Origin: Ruditapes philippinarum
Lineage: Eukaryota
Length of the DNA stretch: 64,000 nucleotides
Direction of reading: 5' to 3'
Assembly: GCF_026571515.1 (NCBI RefSeq)
Contig: NW_026865440.1
Span: 744,001 to 808,000 of the forward strand
Part shown: positions 53,850 to 64,000 of the stretch, in pieces
How positions within the stretch are numbered: position 1 is the stretch's first letter
Layout of the letters: each line of letters starts with the position of its first letter
Notes under the pieces: generated by a model
Databases searched by the model: none
What the model saw: the letters and a program-made list of their open reading frames with translations, nothing else
Told to the model about the DNA's origin: nothing
Position numbers and translations under genes: made by a program

Positions 53850-55650
53850 TAAAATTAATAGATATTACAATTATTGTATAATAAACAATTATGCTCAACA
53901 TGATCAACATAGTAATATAACCAGTGTCATATTTTTACTGAGTTTGAATAGATACCTTAAAAGGGGGTCTTTGCTAACAGCGATAACATAATAAGGGACA
54001 ATTACAAAGGTGTGGTACGTGTTGATCATGCGTTACACATATGGATTGTAAATTATTGTATACATGTATATCCGTTGCTATTAATAACCACTATCATAAA
54101 GAAATAACAAGTAATATTCTAATCTCTAGCATGCCAATCAAAGTTCATAATGAACAATGTCTTTCGTCCGCTCATTCATAAGTGATATCCATTTCTGGTA
54201 GTTTATAAGAATATTTTGTCATCATAAGTCTACTGGTTCATCTTCACTTGCTGCATTTCTTGCTTTGACGCCCTTTGATGCTTTGAATCAATGCTTTTCT
54301 TGTTATCTTTTATAATAATTAATCTTTAACTGAGATGTAATAGATCTTTCTTTGCAAATGACTGTCAAAGGCACTCGATCAAGTTCACCTTACACAACAA
54401 GGTGTTTAAATTTTTACACTGATTAAGCCTTATATAACCGAATATGTAATTTGTTTACCACTATGTAATTATAGAAACACAAAACTTCACAGCCTTATGT
54501 TAATATAGGTACAATCATTGAAATTAAAAGAAATAACTTGGTTATCCATGAGGGCTTGTTCTTGCAATTATTTTATAGCGTTTAACGTGGTACCGTTGTC
54601 GGTAAACTTGTCTGCAAGGTAAACAAAATTGTCAACAATTTTTGTTTCATTATCTACGAGCGTGATTTTAAAAATCATTATATTCACATCACTTTCGTTT
54701 CTCAAAAACACAGCTTTTATTTGTGACTGTAGACATTTTGGATCAGTTGTAAACAATACAAAATCATCAACAAAAGAAACCATATACATAGCTGAAAGCT
54801 CAAAATCTTTCTCAGTTAACGCATCAAAATTTATGTTTTCAATAATATCATTTATAAAAAGAATAAAAAGTTAAAGTGACAATGGTTCTCCCTGGTTGCT
54901 ACATTGAAAAGTCAGAAATGTTAATATCACTTGACAATTTACACAGGCTTGAAAATAACAATAGATACATTTAATCATTATTATCAAAATACAGCTTATT
55001 CTTGGTTGTAACAGTTTCCTCAATAATGCATCTCTTTTCAAAATATGAAAGTCTCTCTGATAATCTATAAACTCACACCATAATTTGACCTTTTTGACAG
55101 AATTTTCTACATAATTGAATGTAATAAAGAAATAGCATCTGACGAAGGGCGTCAATACTGTTAACCATATTGAGAATCATAAGGTAAGATGTTTTAATCC
55201 AAACCAGCTATTGACACGGTTTCTTAGGAAAATAAATTAAAATGTCTTCCTTTTATATTGACAAAAGCGATACCTTTAAAATTCAAAGGTATATTTTTTT
55301 TATCACTTTTCTTATATATTGGTACAATAGCTCCGTTAGACCATGCCTGGATATAAACATTTTTCATGAATTACAATTGTACGGACATAAGGACATATAA
55401 AATTATTCAAATCAATGAAGAAGTCAGAGTAATTGTTTTCATAGACACAACTTTTACATCTATATAAAAAGATTTAAAAGTTATTACTCAAATTAGATAT
55501 TCTGCATTAAAATTTTCATCTCGTTCTAGGTGAAATTCATTGATGAACTGACCTTGATTTTCTTGATTATCATTAGATATATTTTGAAAATAATTTTTAA
55601 ACTCTTGAAGACTAAACCATTGTTACTTCTAAATTTTTTGATATATTTCC
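53850..55650 (-). mobile_element. Decayed LINE (non-LTR) reverse transcriptase region
   Basis: WSNGAIVPIYKK, FIDYQRDF..RDALLRKL, QGEPLSL*LFILFINDI, FVDDFVLF, VDNFVYL motifs in order with stops and frameshifts; AATAAA/A-run at ~53840. Confidence 0.85.
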
Positions 55651-55759
55651 AAATTTTGCAAGGAGATGTTTTATTTTTTCTTTATACAATAAAAAACAAC
55701 AGAATACATAAAGAAAACCCAACATGGCAAAATTGAAAATATTGCAGGCTCGGTTTGAT

Positions 55760-56062
55760 TGAGCACATTTGTATGTTTCTAAATTCTAAATTTCACCATT
55801 TTTAATTTTGTCGTATTAAGGCTTTCTTTAGGGATTTCGTTTATCAGTATTGTAAGTACATAATCAACAAAATAGAGAAATGCCGAATTTCTAAAGAACC
55901 CCCAAAACGACAAAATTGAAAATGTTGAAGACTCGGTTCATATTGGATAATGGAAAGTGCAAATTACCGTCCACACACCCTAGCACCGGCTCATGCAGAA
56001 TACAACATTTAATCATGATAATGGTGAAATTTTTAATTAAGAAACATCCATAGATGTGTTCA
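55760..56062. repeat. Imperfect fold-back (MITE-like) with two inverted arm pairs
   Basis: 55760-55799 vs 56022-56062, and ~55804-55839 vs ~55884-55917, are reverse complements. Confidence 0.6.
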
Positions 56063-57879
56063 TACGGAGGTTATCATGGAACGTTCAATGTAACACGTTA
56101 ATGCCATTCCATGAAAAGCGGCTTATGGCCCCATGTAAAGACATGTGTGTGCCCTAAACGGACAAACAATGGACGAAACTAAATAAAATGAAATATTAAA
56201 AAGGGATCTCAGATTAAGAAGCCTGCACATCACAGACAAGACGTCAAAAGACAAATTTAAATAACAGGCACCATACCCTAAGTGTGATTATACAGTATTT
56301 AAGTCCACTCAAGCTGAAAAAGGACAAATTAAAGAAAGTAAAAATACCATATTACATGTATACACAACATGACTAGACACTGGTTTATTTTTATAGTATC
56401 AAATTATAAGTACAACTTCCATCATCTTTGCAACTTTTAAAAATACAAAGATTATTTTCATTGCAAAGAGACAGAAATTTCAAACCATAGTAATTAATCA
56501 CATTATCATTTTCACGCCCAAATGCCAGTGTTTGAACTGTATACATTTTACTTTCTATACTAAGTTTGGTCTTTTAAGAAAGAGCCTGTTGAAAGATTAA
56601 TATAGATACATAGAAGAGAAACAACTTTAATTGAACGTTTTATTACTCGAATTGTTATGAAAAGAAAAATCAATACAATAATTTTACAGTCTTAATTATT
56701 TCTGATTTTGTTTAAACTGATTAACATATATAATTCATAAAAATTGAATGCAATAAAAAAACTTTATTGTATTAATCAGACTGTTATACCATCCACAAAA
56801 ACAATATCCTCGTTAAACTATATACATAATTCCTACAATTTTTTTATATTCCATAATTTCGCAATAAAATGTATCCAATGTCAATGCACGGAAAATCCAG
56901 TACACAAACTGAGCTGGAAAACTTAGTTGTTTAAAACAATGTAATAATTTAAAAGCTAAGCAGCTCTAAAATTAGGCTCTTATAAAGTCAAGTGAAATGG
57001 TATCATAATTTACAGTAATTTTTTAATTAATCAAAGGTGTAAATAAGTAATGTAACGTAAAATTTTATACCTTTAAATATGTCTGTGTAATATAAACAGC
57101 CAAATACACAAACGCATGACCTGACATTTCGATAATAACCAAAATGTATAATTGTTTGATGATGTATCTTTTCAACATATATACACACACTGTTTATAAG
57201 GAATGGTCTTGCGGACTGATCAATAAATGACAGACCATGCACAGAAGAAATATTCAGAGTTATATTATCATATGATTTCAGTAATTTGTTAAGTTATCAT
57301 AGGTTTTGCACATAAAGCAAAGCTTAATTCACAAGTAATTGTAAAGCAGAATCTTGTGTGACAAAGAGTTGGTAATCGGATATATGCTCTACGTAGATGC
57401 CCCGCCGATTATCATATTTATAGACATAATTTTGCTAGTTGTTTTCAGACTTATTTTGCCCTTAATATTCTTGTTATAACTGCAACACGCGATGTTGGTT
57501 TTTAACTGGTATTTTCAAGAAATATCTTGATAAAACTAACAAAGAAAAGACGTAAAAAGATTTTTGAAAATCGTTTCAGCTTTAATTTTTTGTACATAAT
57601 TTATACATATATTACCCAAAAACGTAAGATGCATAAACAAGACTGGCTTTTAAAACCAAATAAATAAATAGATAAGCAATCTATTTTCGTTGAAACTGTT
57701 TATTTGTTTAGATGTGTTCAAAAAGATTTTAAAGACAACATTAAACGTGATGCTATTGCCACAAACTCGAAAACAATGAAACGTATCAATGTCTCAGTAA
57801 TAGTAGTCAATGAATTAGATTTATGCAAGGTACAAGATCAGGCATGTTTGCCATTTTATCGCAGATGAGCAAGTAACAT

Positions 57880-57929
57880 CACACACACACACGCACGCAC
57901 GCACCATCGCACACACACACAGACACACA
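57880..57929. repeat. Compound (CA)n/(CGCA)n microsatellite
   Basis: Direct reading. Confidence 0.9.
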
Positions 57930-60200
57930 ACTATCTCACAATTATTACGAACTTTTCTCATACATACGGCTCACATCATTTCAATCGATATTTTCGGTCA
58001 CAATTTCCATTTTGTTCAATGAGTTAATTGATAACATAAAGCATTAAACTTTAGCCATCAAAACATTTTATTTCATCTCAGGCTATTAGTTCTTTGCCTT
58101 TAACCGGACCAAAGCCAATACTTTGAATTTTGAATTTATGGATAACATAGCTTCTGTTAACATTGTATATTGGTATCTGTTTATATGTACCGTTTTCAAA
58201 GTGTCAATAAAATACTTTTTAGAGTATATTAGATTAATTTATATGGAACCTTCTTATTTCAGCACACAAAAGTGAAGGATATCAGTTATTGTTATATTTT
58301 ATCATATTGATAAGAGGATTAACTGAAGCAATCATAGTGTCTGTTCTTCCACGTTACAAAAGGCCATTAATGAAGAAGGACTAGGCCAAACAGAAAATTT
58401 ATTATAAGAGAGAGGAACTATAACTTTGTTACCTCGCGTTGGCATACCAATTCGAGGTGTTATGTTATTTAATAACAACAATAAGGTCTTGCACTTGAAT
58501 TTAGACGGTACTTGTCTTTGCGTCGTTTTTGAGGAATTAAGGTTATGTATTACAATAATTATTGTTTGTATCATAGTTTGGGGCCATTCTGTTGAAAGTG
58601 TATTGAGAATTAAATCGTATACATATAATTGCACAGTGCGTTAACTGGAGTGCATGTATTAGTTACCCTCAATCAAGAGCATGTCCAATGATTAGTTTAT
58701 TTGTGATGGAGTTTACTTATTGCTACGGCAGAGAATGGGAAAACGATAGAAAAATCATATTCAGATGCTCGTTCATTGGTTTCTTATTTCTGGGGTTTCA
58801 TATTGTGACAACAATGTTTTTTATGTTTGACTATGATACAAAAGAGAAAGAACATCAAAACACTCGGCAATCTGTTTAATACTCGGGGCTACGCCCCCTC
58901 GTACAAATGTTTCGATGCTCTTTCTATTACTTTGTGACTTGTTGCCCACCTGGCTGTACTAGTTAATAGTTTAGGCATTGGTAGCTGACATGTATAACGA
59001 GCTTTCTAAATTTATCAAATCTGATGTATACCTGTTTCAATTAACTATATTTTTTCAGATATGATATGCTTTTCATTTGCTTTGTTTGTTTGTATTTCAA
59101 AAGTATGATTGTTTCTTACCACTTTTAAAGTTAGAGAAAGCTGAAATAAGTAAAAGTGTTCTTAAACTGATTGAAACATTTTTGTTTTTGTTATTCTATA
59201 TATCAATATGGAACTAAAATTTACTAAATTTATCAATATTTTTCAAACAATATAGAAAAGTTTAACATGGTTTTATCAGGATATGCTTAAATAATATCAA
59301 AGGTATTATAATAAAAATAATTCAAACGTGTCAGCACTGTCTTCATATACCAGTAAATAGCACAGTTTCTGGTAAGCTTTCCTTACGTCATTAACTTGGG
59401 CGTACCCGTCATGTCACAGTGTAAAACGAGCACTAGTCAGACGTTATGAAATTTCCGTGTAGTAACATTTAACCGCATCTTTTCACAAAGAGACATTCGT
59501 CAAGGTAGAATTTTAAATTTATTCAGCCCTTATCAAGGTATGCTGAGCCTAGTTCTGGTGTTACACCATTCCATCGCAGACAGTTTACGCTTTGTGTAAA
59601 ACATCGTTTGTAAATATGTTTGGCATATTTACAACTCCCAGTTTAAACTATAATGAAATACTTTGGTGGATATTGAATTGGTTGATTTAATAATTTTTGA
59701 GTCGTTAGCAACCGTTGCCTTTTTTTGTAAGTTCACGGTTATGTTTTTTTTTTTAGGGGAGAGGGGGAATGGGAGGTGGAAATACTTGTCTTCTTCTCAT
59801 GAAAGGTCTGGTTTATTGAAATATTACATGCTGAGACCATATTCTGTTCCCTTAAATTACGTGGTTGACATTTTCTTCATTTTTGTATTTAATATCACGC
59901 CCTAATGGTTAGTCTTTTACCTGTACTTTTCAACATTCTATATCTTAAAGCGAGTTTTGCTTCAATTTTGCTAAGACTTTTCCATACTTTTCTAAACTCG
60001 TAAGTAAATGTGCCAGAGCTACTCCCATCATTCTGTTATCGACGTGTGTTGAGGATTGGGTAGCGCTTAGGCCGTTGCTAGGGCATGATGTTGCGCCTGT
60101 TATTACCTCGCATGATAACACTAAAAAACCGAGCCTGCAGTTGCCAACTATTTGTTTTTCATTGTCCTCGAAGAATCTACCCTTTATTACCACAGCATGT

Positions 60201-61309
60201 TGTTACGAGCCAGGCGTAACGAGAAAGAAAAGCCAGCAACAAACTTGTAACAATAACAAATTTATTACAGAAAAATTATTAAAGAAAAATAAAATAACAA
60301 ATTATGTTAACAAATACCTGAAGTCCAAATAAAAATGAAATATCAAATGTCTAGTCTGATCCTGGAATGATCCTTTTTTGAATAGCACTTTTAAATCCAA
60401 GTAAAATCCAAGAACACTTTAGAATAAATTCCCACAATAAAATCCACAAGAATAATTTTAACTATTTTAAAATAATCCAAGCTCCAATAAATCACTTAAT
60501 ATACAAGTTGTAAAATACTCCAAATATATTGATGACTTAAAAGGTAACTGATGACTTAAAGATAAGAGTAATGAAAAATGTCTCCTTATATATATTAACT
60601 AAGAAGTTTCTAGAATAGTCTTCCATTTACTACAGTAATCATAATCTAGCAACTTCAACAATAAAGATCATTCCAGAAATATCTATCTAAAAATAATGCA
60701 TGAGTTTACTACAGAACAGAACAGAACAGAAATTTTATTCAAGATTTGTACATGGTACATCACCTTACAATTTGCACAATTTAAATATACTATACAATAG
60801 TCACATGACATTTAATGTATATAAATATAGCTATAGATCTTAACATACATACTGTTAACAATGAAAATATAGATAAAGAATACAACATGAAATATTCTAT
60901 TTACTTCCTAGATAGAGGATTAACCATTCATTATTACATATTATAAGACATGGATGTTCTATTAGCCATAGCATCTCTGATATAGTAAGCCAAGTTACAC
61001 AATATTTTCTTATTATTACAATTTAACAATTCAATAAATTTGAACATACTTGGTCTAACATAGTAGTATCTCTTAATATATTTTTTACGAATTTCAAGAA
61101 AACAGGTACATACTAATATAAAATGGTATTCATCTTCAATATCACGAAGATTACAATATATACAATATCGTTCATTTCTAGGAACAACAGCTAAGAAAGT
61201 TCTAGTACATACATGTAGTTTATGTTCTAAAAATAGAACAATGATAATATTGGAAATACCAACTGGTCAGATATAAATTATATACATGTAATACGCTGCA
61301 TACATAACA
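60201..61309 (-). mobile_element. Solo LTR (~630 bp without the nested LINE), Gypsy-like
   Basis: TGTTA...TAACA termini; 4-bp TSD ATGT (60197-60200) / ACGT (61310-61313) differing by one CpG transition; AATAAA on the minus strand near 60261. Confidence 0.78.
60711..61188 (-). mobile_element. 5'-truncated LINE 3' end nested in the solo LTR
   Basis: Uninterrupted frame VPRNERYCIYCNLRDIEDEYHFILVC...YYVRPSMFKFIELLN...* (CCHC knuckle), 3'UTR, AATAAA and (TTCTG)n tail. Confidence 0.9.
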
Positions 61310-61869
61310 ACGTGTTGAGTGCTGTCTGCAAGCTGTAAAATATTGAAAATGTTGCATGCTCGGTTTAATCAGTCTGATCATGTCCACAACGTTTTTGTTG
61401 AGGATTAAATATCGTTTAAGCCGTTGCTAGGGGAACTTTAGAGATTTTGTCCTTGTCATAATCTCTCGTGAAGAGACTCACTTAAAACCGAGAGGATGCA
61501 TTTATCAACTATATATTTTCACTTCCCTTGCTCCCGAGAGATGTTCTCTTTTCCAGATTTTTATACCTATTTCAAAAAGGTTTTTATCCGTATTAGCAGT
61601 TTTTGACGAAAGTTAAATAATTTGAACATATCCATTGAGGTCTAAATTAGTTTTATATTCTCGGTTTTACCAAATTAATACATTGTTGAAGAACACTATA
61701 AAAACCACCGCACAACATACCACTACACCAAATGTACTGTTTATAAACATTTAGTTTGCTGTCTTATACATATAAGTATATTTTAAATATTCTTTTAAAG
61801 AGTCACTAAGAGTGCATCCATTAGTAAGTCTCTAACAATTACAAATGAAGTGAAGTCTCTTGTAGACTA

Positions 61870-62763
61870 TCATATATTCCTCAATGTACAAATGTTATAT
61901 ACTTGTATCCTCATAGGTTCTATATGTCGTCTTACACTTGGAAAGCAAATCACCACAATTCTTAGTAATTCTAATCGGCATTCCTTAAACCACAAAACAT
62001 ACGAGCACGTGTCTGCCAGCCCATATATCAAATAAATAATACTACCATAAAATAGTCTCTGGCGTGGAGACACCACAGTGAAGACTATGGTAAAATAAAG
62101 TATTGTTGTTACAGCAATATTAATCATATATAAAAGAACAATTGATGTAGACTTGTAATGATGAAAGAAAGAGCTTGTCCGAACTCTCATACGCATTGAT
62201 TGATTCCTGATGATTCCAAATATAATAAAATAGCAAATAAAAGGCACTACAACGTTTAAAATGAACAATATACTGACAAGTAGAATGAAAGATACAGTGC
62301 AAGTATCCGAACCTATTTCTATAATCATAATAGACATACTGGAACACAAAATAGATATATCAAGATGGATCAGACAAAAAACAGCCACCCATATAATAAC
62401 TATTAATTTCCACGGTTGTCTTTTATAAAATATTTGAAGATATTTGTTTGGCCAGTTAATAGCAATGAGCCTATCTACCGCCATCATTGTAACCGTCAAG
62501 TAGGAAAGAATGGTTGAAACTACTGAACTTTTCAAAACTGCTTTAAAAACAAATGAGTTCTCATTTAAGAATATAATTATAATGTAGCAACATGTCACGA
62601 GGAAGTCAAAAATGAGAAGTCCAACATTCAGACACTTTGTTGTTTTGGGTAATTTCTTCGTTCTTACAAGTGCAATTAAAGAAAGTAATATAAAAACTAT
62701 TGTCGCGAACTGTAGAGGAAGAATGATAAAATCTCTGATGATGGGTACTCTTAAAATAACCAT
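61870..62763 (-). CDS. Orphan rhodopsin-like (class A) GPCR, paralogue B, single coding exon, 297 aa
   Basis: Colinear without indels to paralogue A, ~61 substitutions in 297 aa by manual count; DRL, DTCSY, FKECR motifs. Confidence 0.92.
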   Translation of the reverse strand: MVILRVPIIRDFIILPLQFATIVFILLSLIALVRTKKLPKTTKCLNVGLLIFDFLVTCCYIIIIFLNENSFVFKAVLKSSVVSTILSYLTVTMMAVDRLIAINWPNKYLQIFYKRQPWKLIVIIWVAVFCLIHLDISILCSSMSIMIIEIGSDTCTVSFILLVSILFILNVVVPFICYFIIFGIIRNQSMRMRVRTSSFFHHYKSTSIVLLYMINIAVTTILYFTIVFTVVSPRQRLFYGSIIYLIYGLADTCSYVLWFKECRLELLRIVVICFPSVRRHIEPMRIQVYNICTLRNI

Positions 62764-63739
62764 ATTGAATTCCTGTCGTCAAAATCTTTGTCAAAATATC
62801 TTAGTTGTTTCTCACGTAGTTAACCAGCAATCCTGAAAAAAAAAATACATTTCTGTATATCGATGGTACTGATACTAATGATGACTAGAAATATCATTCA
62901 ATTGATAAATATCCCCAAACAGCTTTTATTCTTAAATGGAAGCCATATTAAGCAGGTGCTTAATGTAACTTTTCTTATTATCAAATATTATCAAATGCAA
63001 ATATGTCGATAGAGGGCTTTATTGGTGAAGATTTTTCGTTTTGAATCACTCAGTTTGAAAGGGTGTTTTGTCAAAGAAAAAAAGATCAGTTTTATCACTA
63101 TCAGGTCAGTCACTATGATAATGTTGTCCATCATGTTACCTCTTCTAATATAATGAAATCTTAATAATAAAATCAATTACTAAGTTTTACAGAATTTTAA
63201 CAAATTTTCACATGCATGCATATCCTTTAGGGACAAGGACAATTAAAGCTCAATTTAAAACATGTATGCTTGAGATAAAGAAACTACATTAATGGTTCTG
63301 AAACTGTGTACACATGAATATTAAACTCACTTGGTTGATATGAGGGGAGTTGGCTTAAAACGCTTTCATATGTAGTTGTTTTTATAACGTTCTTGTGAAT
63401 ATACTTTGTCACGACTGCTAAACGAGTTGACACAATTTTAGAGAAAATGCCAACGAAACTGATATGCTAGTCATTCATATTTGTAAATTTGCAGATGTGT
63501 CAAAGTTCTAAATTGATCACCATAATCATATTAAGTTTTACTACAGTCGGAACTGGTCGGGGTTAGACTGTAACTATCACATATTACTGCCGTCCATTTA
63601 CAGGCTTAAGAGAACTGAACATACACCATTTTCGATTTTGCCGTTTCGGGCAATCTTTAAATGGTATAAAACTATATATTATGATTTCTTTTATAAATAT
63701 AACAATAGTAAACTTATGTTGTTTCGATAATCTTATGGT

Positions 63740-64000
63740 CAATTCTCCAAAGAAGAAGATTTTCAATATTTTTACCTACACGAGACTCTGTAAAATTAAA
63801 TGTTGACCCCAAAGTAATAATTTAAACAAGATTTGCGGAACTTGTTTACAAAATACTACACACAAACTATCTAAATTTTAGAGCTTGCGTTTTTGCATAG
63901 GATTTTTGAAAATTGCATATTAAAGAATACTATAGCTCTTGTTACCTAGATATGCATCACCGGAACTATCTGAATAGCAATGGTAGTGCTTAATGCATAA
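63740..64000. repeat. Degenerate BIV160/Cg170-like satellite monomers running off the window
   Basis: gaagaagattttc...tgacccc...ataatttaaacaag...ctacacacaaactatc pattern recalled from this family; not aligned. Confidence 0.45.

Noticed and set aside
50134-62836. Apparently conserved + strand ORF pairs (MRSPTFRHF..., ...FLNVQMLYTCILIG...)
   Set aside because: Antisense shadows of the conserved ends of the duplicated GPCRs; no independent evidence.

Overview
AT-rich eukaryotic genomic DNA, most consistent with a bivalve mollusc (inferred from a C1qDC gene, Helentron/HINE satellite elements and the repeat spectrum). 1-25 kb holds the 3' part of a Pax2/5/8 gene on the + strand. Nine coding exons can be joined in frame by hand through GT-AG splice sites: C-terminal paired domain, octapeptide YSINAIMG, KRK NLS, poly-Q, S/T/P/Y-rich tail ending PQYYY...EKS*. 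The first paired-box exon lies upstream of the window. Downstream are a complete non-autonomous Helentron (HINE) carrying 8 x ~145-bp tandem repeats, each usually with four consecutive AGGTCA nuclear-receptor half-sites; a decayed Ty3/Gypsy element; a 5'-truncated Tigger/pogo (DD30D) transposon; a disabled secreted coiled-coil C1qDC gene with a MITE just upstream; two paralogous, atypical class-A GPCRs with uninterrupted ORFs (~80% identical); LINE fragments; and a LINE-in-solo-LTR nested insertion. The most novel-looking signals are (i) a possible relic of homeodomain helix 3 (IWYS-RPAK) in Pax2/5/8, directly behind a phase-0 intron at the PRD-class 46/47 position, (ii) the mobile DR2-DR1-DR0 response-element array 4 kb behind the Pax2/5/8 stop, and (iii) GPCR paralogues whose divergence is confined to the central region. 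All calls are by eye; no database searches were run.
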